DNA of 52,445 nucleotides, the filler included, from Basidiobolus ranarum (Eukaryota): the NCBI GenBank assembly GCA_040143965.1. It is 2 parts of 2 records of this genome, joined end to end, with 100 filler letters (N's around TTAATTAATTAA, not from the genome) between each part and the next. Parts side by side here need not be neighbours in the genome. Positions count along the whole stretch, not along the records: positions 26,330 to 52,445 come from JASJQH010007010.1; 1 more part is not named here. One strand, given 5' to 3'. A program made the translations under genes and the position numbers. Below, one piece after another: positions 38,368 through 50,649 of this stretch (positions within the stretch are counted from its first letter, which is position 1; each line of letters begins with the position of its first letter). The notes under the pieces are model-generated. The model was given only the letters and a program-made list of their open reading frames with translations, did no database searches and was not told where the DNA came from.

Positions 38368-39192
38368 TTAAGCGTCCCAAGAAGATTGACCAGCAGGAGC
38401 TTCAGAAGCCCAGTCAGAGGTCTCAGCACTCCAGTCGGCAGTAGCGGCAGCAGCGGCGACAGTAGGGTTAACATCACCGGCAACATCCCAGTCAGCGGTT
38501 TCAGCGGGAGCTTCCCAGTTACCTTCCTTCTCGGCGGCAGCAGCTTCAGCGGCTTCCTTCTCAGCCTCTTCGGCATCACGGTAGAAGAACATATCAACCA
38601 TGACATCCCAAGCAGAGTCACGGTTGAGGGTACCACGAAGACGAAGGACTTCACGAGCCAACAACCAGTAAGCCAAACCAATGGAGTGCTTACCCTTGTT
38701 GTTGATAGGGATGGCGCAATCAATGTGCTTCAAAGGAGCATCAGTGTCACAGAGAGCAATGACAGGGATGTTAACATAGGAAGCTTCAGTGATAGCTTGA
38801 TGATCGGTACGGGGATCGGTAACAATGATCAAACGGGGTTCCTTGAAGGCACGAGTGTTGTAATTGGTGAAAGTACCAGGGGTGAAACGACCGGAAACGG
38901 CTTGAGCACCGGTGTAGGAAGCGAACTTCAAAGCAGCACGTTGACCGTAAGGACGGGCAGAGATGATGACAACATCGGAGGGGTTCTCGATGGTGGCAAT
39001 GATACGGGCAGCAAGAACGAGCTTCTCCCAGGTCTTACCAACGTTGATAAGGTTGATACCGTCACTACGACGCTTCCAGATGTAAGGTTGCATGGCAACC
39101 TCGCAGTTCTTGGTACCAATGTGAGCTTGGGCAGAGAGAAGGAGTTGGATATCCTCCTCAGTGGCGTTAAGGGCAGCAGGCAAGCGAGACAT
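38368..39192 (-). CDS. RPS0: 40S ribosomal protein S0/SA (uS2)
   Basis: [37 protein letters not shown]; acidic DW-repeat tail. Confidence 0.98.
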   Translation of the reverse strand: MSRLPAALNATEEDIQLLLSAQAHIGTKNCEVAMQPYIWKRRSDGINLINVGKTWEKLVLAARIIATIENPSDVVIISARPYGQRAALKFASYTGAQAVSGRFTPGTFTNYNTRAFKEPRLIIVTDPRTDHQAITEASYVNIPVIALCDTDAPLKHIDCAIPINNKGKHSIGLAYWLLAREVLRLRGTLNRDSAWDVMVDMFFYRDAEEAEKEAAEAAAAEKEGNWEAPAETADWDVAGDVNPTVAAAAATADWSAETSDWASEAPAGQSSWDA

Positions 39193-39915
39193 TCTTACTA
39201 AAGATTGAAAGAAGAGTTAAAAATCAAGACTAAATCAAATATCGGAAGATGGATGTAACCACAAAAATCGTAGATTTAAGCTAATACACTAAAATTTTAG
39301 TGAACACGTTAATATACATACATAATGGACCAAGTTCCGCGGTGTGAAAAGGAAAGACAGATTCAATTATTTGCTTCGATTCAAATACCCACTTCCCTTC
39401 ACCCGCAAGGATCCCCCCAACCCACATTTAGTAAATTGTAAAAAAAAAATGAAAAACTTGATGGATTTTTATTGGTCGAAACTTATGTCTGTATCGTGAT
39501 GGATTTTTTTTATTTCATTAGTAACTGCACATTTAAGCTCTATTAATGATATCACTTTTCTCATCTCACATCTAATTACAACGTCAAATACACATTTTAG
39601 CTAAATATTATGCAACCCTAACCCATATTACAACCCTATTGGCCCCTAGCCCTATCACTAGGGTGAGCATTTTCTATAAATCCCACATAAGGAAAATGGT
39701 CGATAGGTATATATATATACTTGGCAGTTGAAGTAATGAATTGTATAATCATTAGACTCGAGTTAGGAATACCGTAAGTAATGGTAGTATTTATAATTGA
39801 TGTACAGACAAACAAAGAGCCTTCGAGTTGAATTGAAGAGAGGAGTGATCAATATGTTCAAGAAAATCAATATAAACAGATAAAGTATATGTAGAGAAAT
39901 CCAAGAGTAACGAGT

Positions 39916-40380
39916 TTACTCTGAACAACAACTGGCTTGGATATCTTGGTAGCGTTCGCAAGAGAATTCCGGCGAGTTAGCCACCTGTGCATTTACCATA
40001 CCTGGACCATTCCAAGACCAGCCAGAGCTGCACCTACGTTTTTCAAAGTTCCCTTTTGTGGGTAGCTTATCTACACATGCACTTTGTAAGCAACGACGAA
40101 AACCCTCGTCACACAGTTGTTTACTGAGGTTATTTTCGCAAATACAATAGCACTGTAAATGTTTACTACAACATCCCAAAAAAGTGTCTCCTTGTGAGGA
40201 GAGGTTCTCGTATGCGTTAATTCTAGTTTCCACTTCTCCCATATCTCCAGCTTCACAGGTAGGTGGTGGTTTCGCGTCGAAGTTCATACCTGGCTCTCTA
40301 CGGATATGTCGAAGTGAATAGGCATAACTCATTAAAGTTGCCAATACAAGTAAAAATAATGAAATAGGAAGGCTTCTCAT
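39916..40380 (-). CDS. Secreted cysteine-rich protein resembling group XII secretory phospholipase A2, catalytic dyad altered
   Basis: Signal peptide; CCSKHLQCYCIC...KQLCDEGFRRCLQSAC resembles group XII CCxxHDxCYxxC..KxxCDxxFxxCLxxxC; C-terminal YQDIQASCC. Confidence 0.7.
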   Translation of the reverse strand: MRSLPISLFLLVLATLMSYAYSLRHIRREPGMNFDAKPPPTCEAGDMGEVETRINAYENLSSQGDTFLGCCSKHLQCYCICENNLSKQLCDEGFRRCLQSACVDKLPTKGNFEKRRCSSGWSWNGPGMVNAQVANSPEFSCERYQDIQASCCSE

Positions 40381-40831
40381 GATAAGTGATAATACCAGTG
40401 TTGGAGCCGAACCAAGGTACTTCTAGCAAACCAAACGCTTTATAACAGTTTGTGAGAAGACATCGAGATATTCCTACATATTATAAAACCTCTCTAACAA
40501 GTCACCAACAAACCAATTGAATGAAATCATCATATATGCATGTTTAGCTCGGAATCCGAAACTACTGTTTTTAGGGTGGTTTTTCCTTAGACATCCGACT
40601 CTAATGAAATCTTTGTATTGATTGCATCCAGGGATTTTCTTATGGACTAAATATACACATTTGTGCTTATGTTCGATGCCACCCCCGCGTCTGAACTAGG
40701 CTTAAACTGGCTTTGTCTGCTCAGATCAATGAATGTATAAAGTTACGCAAACATTCGAACCAAAGGTTTTCGTTTAATGAAGTGAAATGAGGGGGAATAT
40801 ATGAACAGATGCTACTATGCTACAGAAGTTC

Positions 40832-41104
40832 TTAAATTCGTTTACAAATGATATGTGTTTTTTCTGGTTCCAGAGGAAGAGTACAAAAGAAGTTCAATTT
40901 TTGCATCATACTAAACATTTCCTTTTGGTCCAAAGAGAGTTTCAAACAATTTTGTTTACCGTCTGGTAGGGTGCGACATAACTCGTTACTTTTATCATCT
41001 AAAAGGTATTCGGCTGACTCGTTTTGTTTAACGAATTTTTCTAACCGTTGTTCTTGGTTCTTGCGCTCTTGAATGGATTGCTGTTGTTCTTGGTCGGAGT
41101 TCAT
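40832..41104 (-). CDS. Small hypothetical protein (90 aa, 4 Cys)
   Basis: ATG 41104: MNSDQEQQQ...LCRTLPDGKQNCLKL...FFCTLPLEPEKTHIICKRI*; protein-like composition, family not recognised. Confidence 0.7.
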   Translation of the reverse strand: MNSDQEQQQSIQERKNQEQRLEKFVKQNESAEYLLDDKSNELCRTLPDGKQNCLKLSLDQKEMFSMMQKLNFFCTLPLEPEKTHIICKRI

Positions 41105-41539
41105 GTCTATAGTGTTAAAGTGTCTACAATGACAAAGAAAATAAATCTCTGTTATGGATAAAAGTGTCTGTGTGAAAAGGCTTACCAAGTGGTCTGTGGA
41201 GAGTGATGGTTGAGTTTGGTTTCCCTGCTGGAATATATAAGCAAACCAAATGATTACGCTTCTAATACGTCATCGATGTTTGGTTTCAAAACAAGAACCG
41301 ATGTATATGTAGATGCATACACGTATATGATCTGTACTCCGTTAAGGCAACCAAATAAGAAAGTCTCCAAACCCACGCCCGAACCATGTCATTTTTACGT
41401 AGCTTAGATAAATCGATCTATATCAGGCTAACCATTTGATAGATAAATTCTTATAGAATTGAATCCATTATAAAGTATATATTTTAATTTCTAACGAGGT
41501 ATTGCCGGTGTTAGCGCTTAGATGTTTATTTTGGATTCA

Positions 41540-42561
41540 CTATAGTTCACTAGGTGTGGGGGCTGGTGGATCTGGGCCTGTATCTTTCCCATTCCATGAA
41601 TAGATGGTTCGGAAGGTAAGAGAAATACGTCTATCTCGTTCAATGGTGAGATCTTGCAGTTGTTCAGTAAGATTCTTGGAGATTGAATGCTTGTAGTCGA
41701 AGCGTGAGGCTTCTGTCATGACAACTAAGGAGCATGGTGCTTATATTGGGTTAATCAAATTAGTTTAAGAGGAGGTGAAGTCAAAGTTCTTACACAATAG
41801 GATATCTGTTTGGATATTTGTATGTACATTTTCAAACTTCATAAGGCAGGCAGATTTCAAGGAGAGTGAAATGATAATAGGACCAAAGATAGTCGGCGCG
41901 TCTAGTGAAAGTAGTAAAGAATAGTTGAGAATATAGTTAGTTCTATATTTGACACGAGGAAAGTGTAAGTTATTTTTGTACCCACCTATATGTGGCATGA
42001 TACCTAGTTTCGTGGAAAAATAAATAGAAACTCTTCAGTATTCGAATTTAAATGAACCAAGAAGAAAATGTATCACCTTGTCCAGGTAAATATTCGTTCA
42101 CTATACAGCTATTAGGTGACTGATTTAGAATTCCCATCTCCAACATTCTCTTCACTACGAAATCCACGTGTTCTGGTAAGGGTCCTAGCTTAGACATAAC
42201 TCTTCTACACTCACAAAAACCTTCAGTTAGTCAATTTCCGGGTTGAAGGAGGTTACGGAGCATACAGATTTAGAGTTATTTTACCTATGTCGGTAGCTAA
42301 ATATATACCCGTAATGTTGAGTTCTACGTTTCATTTCTGGGTTTGGACTGGAAGTACCTCATATAGCAAAACTGTATAAGTCATAACAGATTCTAACCAA
42401 CCAGCTAGAAAAAAAATCCCCATCACGTACCCAATACCGTTACCAGACCAAGCTCCTTTCTCTATATTTTCTATTAGACCATTTTGCTCCTCCTTTGTAA
42501 TAAAGTTCTCAATCAAAATGAGTCCAGGTATGGTGGTCTGAACATATTTCGGTTCAGTCAT
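41540..42561 (-). CDS. AlkB-family 2OG-Fe(II) dioxygenase, multi-exon
   Basis: PGLILIENFITKEEQ; RRTQHYGYIFSY; VNEYLPGQGIMPHID (HxD split by intron); IISLSL; RFDYKHSI; RRISLTFR. Confidence 0.92.
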
Positions 42562-42801
42562 GACTAACTACTGCAAGGCAATCGTGGATCCACTGCACGT
42601 ACAAGTAGCTTCTTATACGGTCACGTGATCCACGAAGAAATTTCTGATCCACCAAATCATAATAGTTGTAAGGATAAGGTTGTTTCTGCTCATGTTGTAA
42701 TCAGTTGGGAGTTGAAATCATTTATTTCCTTAGAATTGAGGGTTAAGAACAAAACAATGCTTCAAAACGAATTAATCATCTTTATATGGATTGATATCTG
42801 G

Positions 42802-44441
42802 CTACTCCGGTTTGGGAGCGCGACGATTGCGACTGGGTGCGTTGCGTCCTGGAGCAGCAGGTCTACGGAAGGCTTGGGGCTTGACGATTCCAACGGGCTC
42901 TGGGTGAAGATCCTCTTCAATATATTGAGAGGTCAATTCTGAAGGATCATCTACCTCAAACTAAATATTGGATGTATCAGTATATGAAATCTGACTGTAT
43001 TGATGTAAGTTAAAGTTACCTTCTTCGAGATATTTAAGCCAACATCATTCTCCGCTGCTGCCAACAAGGATCCTCTGCAGGAGGAATATAGCATGCGTTC
43101 TCTGATACTGGAGGCAGTTGGACACGAGTATATGAACACTGCACTCGGTATAGAAATGGTTAGTGATAAGGCGGATATAGAGCATAACGGGGATTCCACT
43201 TACGAATAGGGGAGATATCTTCCCCTTGGTGGTTATGCTGATATGCAAAGAAGGTGAAACGAGGCTGATCAATAGGAATGGAAGAAGCGAGAGTGTCCAG
43301 AGTAATTCGCTCAGAGCTGACTAAATCGATGATTTCCTGCGTGGTATTCACACACTAGACAGATTCTCAATGAAAGTACTTGTATTGAAAGAGTATAGAC
43401 TGATCATACCAATTGAACAAAGTTGAGTGAGCCGTCCTTAAGCTTGCTTAGTTCTGACAACGCTGCGTCTGAGATTGGGAAGTTAACGCCTGAAACGTGA
43501 GTACGACGACTAGCGATGTTGACGGATCCAGACTAAAATGGAGGTATAAGTAAGATTGAAAAGCTTCATTGTATGGATGTATAAATTCATTCAAGTACCT
43601 CTGCGGCTTTGACCTCAGCCAACTCCTCTTCACGTTGAGTTAATGGTGCTGGGGCAGTTTGATGCTGGCGATGCTTGTGATAAGATTCCAATGAAAGATC
43701 TTCCTAAATATCATGATCGCTCATTACTAACAAACTCTATCATCTATACCTATACAAATTAGTGAATGCCCTACTTTTTCGGTTCCAAAAATAGAGTCCG
43801 CAAAATGCGTAGTTCCAAGTTGGTTTGTAAGGGTGTGAGAAGTAGAGGCGTATATCATCTTATCTCTAACCTATAAAGAAATATATGTTAATAGGAATGG
43901 TCGTAGGATTCCTCCGAGACATTGTGTTACCTTGGCATCGTTAGGTATGTAGCTCAGGTAGAGCCATTCATAGTTACCAGCTTTACTCTGAGTGTCGAGT
44001 CTGTAAAGTACGAAGCAAGGCTGGCGGTCACTCAACAATGGAATAATTTGGGAGTAATCTTGCAGTGACCGAACAAATAAACAAATGAGTGACGTTATAA
44101 ACACATGTGTCTGGCAAGATGAGAGTGCAAACACCGTAAAAACTCACCTTCTTCAAAAGTACCCGAGACAGGTAGAATGTTGAGAGCCTCTAGTGATTCT
44201 ACATTGTTTTAAAGGGTCGGTTAATATCTTATTTTGATTTAGAATCCAGAGAATCTATTACCATTTTCAATTGAAATCTGGATAATTCTTTGTTGACCGG
44301 AGCAAGCAGCATCAGCAAAGATCTTGGATAACTCCTCAGATGCTAGAGTCAAGAAGTAGATCGCATTGGTTACTCTATGTTGGCAAATGTGAAAAATCCT
44401 ATATCAAATGGGCTACCTCGAATTCCACTTTGATGAGACAT
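42802..44441 (-). CDS. TWF1: Twinfilin (two ADF-H domains), multi-exon
   Basis: MSHQSGIR; QPCFVLYRLD; YIPNDAKVRDKMIYAST; APLTQREEEL; VFIYSCPTASSIRERMLYSSCR; KPSVDLLLQ region frame-read as FRRPAAPGR tail ending TAG 42804-42802. Confidence 0.92.
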
Positions 44442-44915
44442 TCTGTTATACTATGTGTCGGGAAATAAAGTATTGAACACAGTTTATGGTTGCTGTGGGA
44501 ATACAGGATCACACACCGGAACTCGTCATCCCTCTGAGCCAAGAAATTATTAAGCTTGCTTTAGTTTAGACCAAATTTAGTTGATTTTTAAGCTGAAAAT
44601 GAAGTACTCGAGTTAACTTGTGATCTGTTAATGTTTGCCACCTACACATATAATACCCCTTCATACTAGTATCTTATCGGGTGGTGACTGCTGGGCTTTG
44701 ATAAGGGCTCTGGCAATTATTAGGTATTTTTTCTTGTGGCTTAAATCAATTTATCTTTTATCCTTTTTCCTAATATACAATTAAACCTACACTACTGGAT
44801 ATTGTTCTATTTCATACTTTTATTTACCATCTGTGTGCTTCAGTTGCTCATTTTCTTGTACACGTGTCTCTTCAGTTAGTTTACTTTATACATTTAATAA
44901 TATTGGCACGAAAAC

Positions 44916-47836
44916 ATGACTTGGGCTATTGTTCCCATCTGTTTCGGAATTGTCTCCCTGATCGCATTTTCTTTAATTACATATTACGGGAATCCTAAAA
45001 CTTGCCCTTGGTATGTGAAGCTAGCTGCATTTGTCAGTTGGACGTTCCCATTCTCAATTGTGTTTCTAGTTCCCTTTGACATCACCTCGGTAACCTAGTT
45101 TTCTTATATTACTGGAGATAATAGTTCCCCCCTCGTGTATACTGAATTATTTTATTCTAGACTTTATGCCAAACTACTGCAGATGGAGAGTGCAATCTCC
45201 ATTTTGCTTATTTATCCGAAACACTATTGCTGGGTCTTTGGCGTACTATTTATTGGACCATGTTCTTTTTAACTTGGTTAGAAACAGTAGAATAATTTTA
45301 CCAAACCTTGAAGAATATTAACGGTTTTCATGAAAATAATTTTATTAGGGCTACCATTCCTTTGATGCAAAATTACGTACTCTCTGGAGGTTTTACATTT
45401 CGACAAAAATTTCGTGGTGCCATTAGAAGCAACTTAATATATTATGGGATTATTGGATCTATTGGACTAGTGGTTCTTATATATGTTATTATAGCTCGAA
45501 AGATTAACGATAGGTTAGTCATTTTTTCAACACTTTTCACTTTTACTTTGAATTAAATAGGGATTTTATACTAGACATACTTTAACGGGATTTGTAAAAG
45601 CCGCCGCCAATTCCTGGGGTATGTTTCTTGTGATTATATTTATGGGTCATGGTTTGGTAGAGATACCAAGAGGTTTATGGAGATCTGCGGATCGTCGTAG
45701 AGCCCTCAGAATCGCCGAAATTAAAGCCACTGAGCTTAAAGAGAATCTATATGATGCAAATGTAGAGCTTCAAGATGTCATTGCAGTACGTGTAAATTCA
45801 ACCACTTATATATCATAGATGCTATATGATAACCTTCATCTACAGACAGTTAGCCGAGTTAGTCATAAAGTTAGACCATCTAATGAGTTGAGACCATACG
45901 TGGATCAAATTGTAGAAAAGGTTCTATTTGTATATATATATAGAATTGCTTTCATTAGATGTTAACTTTAGCATATTTATTAACTTGATCGATGTTCACA
46001 TCCTACTAGTGTCCTCTTGTATCTCGTAGCACTAATATGGAAGCAAATAATGCCAGGCTTCCCAGAGAGATCAATCTTAAATACCTCAATAATCTTCATC
46101 GACAAGTGATCCGAGTCACTCGCCAGAAGGACCGTTATGAAAGGTTAGTTTACCCTACTAAACATGAGTGTAGCATCAATCCCAGCCCTAACCCTAACTC
46201 TAACCACCTCAAGTCAATGGGGATATCATATCGAGAGAACATTCCTTCTGCAAGATCTTATAGAAAACGAGAACAGTGCCGACCAAAGATTCCACTCCAC
46301 CGTGAGACCATTGACCAATGGACATTATGGAGATTTGAAACGAGCGTTATGTAATTTAGTAATTTATTAACATATTCGATATTGATGGCTACTAATAGTC
46401 CAGTGGAATATAGTATGGTGGTGGTATATTCGATTACAACCTCTGTTATGTCGTGTGTTGGCTATAGTTGCAGGAATCATGAGCATAGCATTGGTTTGGT
46501 CAGAAATCACCTTCATGTCTACCAAGCCTGTACTGTCCATCTTTGGGATTATTTTTCAAGCAGCTGGAAATGCTTATGGAACTGTGGAGGTGGCGTACAT
46601 TTCCTCTCCTTGCTCTTACTAAATACTTGAGTTTAACCTTGATCTCTACATAGTGGATTGCATTTCTTACCATGGCATATATGTGTATATGCGCGTACAC
46701 CAGTCTATTCAAGTTGAAATTGTTTAATCTATACGCACTCGTTCCCAATCATAACACCAATGAGAATAGTTTGCTGTTTTGTGGTGCATATCTTTGCCGT
46801 TTAACGTAAGATTGGATTATTCAATATTTACTCTGCTTGAATTAACATGTTCGTGATTAGATATCCATTATGCTATAACTTTTTAAATTTGATCACTTAT
46901 CAACAAGATACCATCTTCTCCAAGGTAAACCAATCCCATTACCCATTGTCCATTACCCTTCTCCTACAGGTAGAGTTATAATGATGGATTATCTAATACT
47001 GATGATTTCTTAGTTTATGGGAGAGATCCATTTGGTAGATAAATTTAATGACTGGATCCCTATACTTATATTGCTTCCTGTTCTGGTGACGTTGTTTAAT
47101 ATTCATGGACGTGTATTGGGTGCATTTAGTATTGGTGAATACTTTGAAGAGGATGAGGATGGTTCTGCCTCGGCTGATATGGAGGAAGGAAGACAGTTGT
47201 TACTTGAAGGTAGACATCTTGACAGATAGAGTATTTACAATTGGTCTCTGACAATAGTACTGTACTTTTTAGCAAGATCAGCATTCGAGAGGAAATTACA
47301 AGGTGGTGATCGTGGGATTCTATTTAATGGACGTGATGTAGAGGTATGCATTTCGAAATTTTCTATATAGAAACAATGTATGATCTGAGGTGAGAAAAGT
47401 AAAGGAGAGGAAGATGAGAAACGGGATCGAGAATGTCTAAATATTAGATTATGAATCCTTCTATCCATTTACTGACACCTTTTTTTCTATTTCTCCCTCT
47501 CTCTCTGCATCTCCCCCCTCACAACTTCTAATCATCTAGTCTCAGGTTGCTCAACATGGTCGTAGACCAAGAAACTCTTTGGATGTTCCTTCAGTGGATG
47601 ATGATCACTCCGCCGAAGGAAGTATGATCAGTCGAGCTAGAAAGTCATTTGACAAATGGAAACGTAGTAGATCACCGCAGCCAGAGCCGGAACGGGAGCC
47701 ACTGGCAGGCAACTCGAATTTATCTCGATTCCCAACGTTGAATATCACTACTACATCTAGAACTAATCATGAAATTAGATTCAATTTTGAAGATGATCAA
47801 GATGATCACTCGTTGTTGTATGGAAATAATCGATAG
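44916..47836 (+). CDS. LMBR1-like membrane protein (LMBRD2-like), multi-exon
   Basis: SWTFPFSIVFLVPFDI; LWRTIYWTMFFLTW; SGGFTFRQKF; FMGHGLVEIPRGLW; YALVPNHNTNENSLLF; PLCYNFL. Confidence 0.92.
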
Positions 47837-48172
47837 ACATTCCGCTAGCCTGATATGATTACTATGAAGCATGCACTATATATTTCGTGTATAAAGATCC
47901 CTATTTTGTTTAGCTAATATCATTGCGTGCTCATATGGATAGAGATGGTGGAAGAAATGGATATTTAATACAAACACTATATAGCACTACTAGTATAATG
48001 TAAAGAGGAAATTCTTGATCGCTCTTTTAAGGACTTGCTCGATTAGATTTCTACAAAAGTCACAAAAAAGATCTATGCAGCGGGACTATCTAAGAATATA
48101 CTTCATTGCCTATAGTTATTCTCTGATACGACAGAAGTAAATGCAAAGGTAAGCACGTAAGATGCGGTGGAT

Positions 48173-50032
48173 TCAGTAGTGAGATCCCATACCTCGAAAT
48201 TCATCATTTTCACCATCGCTCTCGTCACTTGAAAAATGTAACTTCTGAGTAAACCTGTTCAGTAGACTGCTGTTGGGTGGATTATTGGCGTTAGATAGTC
48301 TGAATTGATTACTTCTGCTAAGATTGTCGTAGTCGCCTCTTGAACCCCGACCAGAGTGCTGAGGTGTTTCTTGTTGATCAAAAATAGATGACTTATGTAC
48401 AGAAAATAGAGCTTGAGAAGGATTACGATGTGAACTGTTTGACGCCAAATTTGGTGGAGCATTCTGCGTGGAACGAGGTTCAGAGTAGTTTTCGTCACAG
48501 AAAACATCAAAAGCACGTCCATTTTTTCTAGAGCTAGGAACGGGGTTTGCATCTTGATATACCATGAATGCTTTCTCAGGCAATTTGGAAAAGTTCTCGT
48601 TTTCTTGTTCAGGACGTGAGAATGGTTTTGCTGATTCAGAAAGAGAGTCTTGATACACACTCATTGGACCATCATCATCTTCGAGGGGGGAATGTCTTCC
48701 GTGGAGGTTTGGTAGAGATTTACGGCTTCTAAGCGAGTCAGATTGCTTGCTTGATACAGTTTGCTCGGAATAACTGTGATTCAAATTTTGGTGACTTTGC
48801 TGAAAAGCTAAGTCATCCTGTGTCACTTGCGAGGAATCTTGAAATACTGCAAAGCTTTTGGGTTTCATTGGTTGTGCTGTAGCTTTTTCGTCCGTATGGG
48901 ATTTAAGAGCAAATGGCATTCGAGAAGCCATATTGGTCTTTTTACTGTTTTCGTCTTGATAAGAAGGGTTCTGGTTTTCGTCGTAAGAGCCGCGAGTTTG
49001 AGAAGAATTAAGAGACTCAGATCTTTTGTCCACTCCTTTATCCATAAGTAAATACTCTTCATCACTGTCGTATTGCTCGCACTTTAAGGGTTGGTTGAAA
49101 ATCTCCAGAATATCAGCCAGGGCTGCTTTTGTATTAATTGTAGGAGATGGGAGACTTTTCTTTTTGAAATTAGATTCTGTAAACGGCTCAGCGGCTGTAT
49201 ACAAAGGGTTAATCTCACGCTAATATTCATAATGTAGATGAAGAAATACTTACATTTCATCGATGGATTCCGATTTTCAGTGGATACCGAGGTGGAAAAG
49301 AGTTCAGTATCTTTCAGAACTTTAACTTTACTGCCCGGAGCTTTGTATTTCGCCAATTTAGCACGCATTTCCTCAAAACAAAACTCCTCATTTTGAGCAT
49401 AAAACAAATCCAAATTCACCGTTAGTTTCTCTGCACGTGTGGGTCTTGCATCACCATCACTTTGAATTTTGGAACGAGCACGATAGCCCGTAGTTTTTTG
49501 AAACTCTTTAAATCGCCGCTCTAATCGTACCAAAGGCATAGCTTTACTCTGAATACCCTTTTCGAAGATCTTACCCGCCTCTTCGATCCTATAATTAAGT
49601 GTAGGTAAAAAAATTGAAAGAAGGAATGAGTCAACTAAGCAAAGGCATGTTAAAGAATAAAGTCAATAGTAACCTTTCTGTTTTCATTAATAAGTTGGCG
49701 TATTCTTCATAAAAAGCTGCCAAGTTTGAGCCAATCTGGATTTGTTGAAGATGCTTAAATACGGCTTCTGGATCAGCTGTATGCTTTGAATATAAAGTCC
49801 AGAGTTTGAAATAGCGAGGATCGTTAGAGTAACGTAAATCCTCTTTAAAGTGGTTGGTAGCTTGCTCAAGTAAAGGTAATAAGAGTTTTCTAAGCTGTTG
49901 CATTTCATAAGTGTCGAATAACCATCCTATATAACGCAAATATACTTCTATCGGATCATCAAGCTCCTCTATTTCAATTAATTCTTTTTGAAAAACTTCA
50001 TGATAATCTTGAAGATTCGAAGCGTTCTCCAT
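48173..50032 (-). CDS. Bub1/Mad3-family spindle checkpoint protein without kinase domain, 3 exons
   Basis: Mad3_BUB1_I TPR (LDDPIEVYLRYIGW..LLEQAT..RYSNDPRYFKLW..IGSNLAAFYEEYA..GIQSKAMPLVRL); GLEBS EEFCFEEMRAK; CD1-like SPTINTKAALADILEIFNQ; ABBA-like motifs. Confidence 0.9.
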
Positions 50033-50649
50033 GTTCAAGGGGTCAACAAAATCAGACAAAGGCCTTCAGTATGTAGCGGTAAATTTGCTTTCAGGATAAA
50101 CACCACTGTTAATTTTGTTAAAGAATTCGCACCTACTTCGTATCTGTAAATAGCAACCAAACTGCTAATTGTTAGTTGTCAATCAATGTTGTGTTGATGG
50201 CCAATGTTTTGATTCAAGATGCACTAGGTATTCTTACCCAATAGTATTATGCTCTCACATGTTTATGATTTGGAAAATTTGACAGAATCGCTATAGTAAG
50301 TTTTAGGTGTGATTCACGATTATTAAGAATATGCATCAAAAAAATCTGAATCTGCTTGCTTAGCTTAAATAGTAGAGTGTACCAATCATCACTACGATAT
50401 TGGTGGCTTATATTACATTAAGGATCTATTGAAAATTTATCAGCATATATTATTCATTGACCAAGCGCATTTACTCTGGTTGATATCTTCAAGTGCTAGT
50501 AGAACATATCACTCTGTTAACTAAGAACGTATACTATTTTTGTAGTTATTAGTACTAAAGGTAGAAATTTTAATCCCCAAAAGCACAAGGTTGAACCAAC
50601 ACGAAGTATCAGTGATACGTTCATTCGAGTAAAAAATCACCCCTCTTTC

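Noticed and set aside
38286-39201. 271-aa antisense ORF and 145-aa alternative frame over RPS0
   Set aside because: Codon-bias shadow frames with no independent protein features.
46183-46205. Telomere-like ccctaaccctaactctaacc in an LMBRD2-like intron
   Set aside because: Only about three degenerate units, coinciding with the CTAAC branch-point region.
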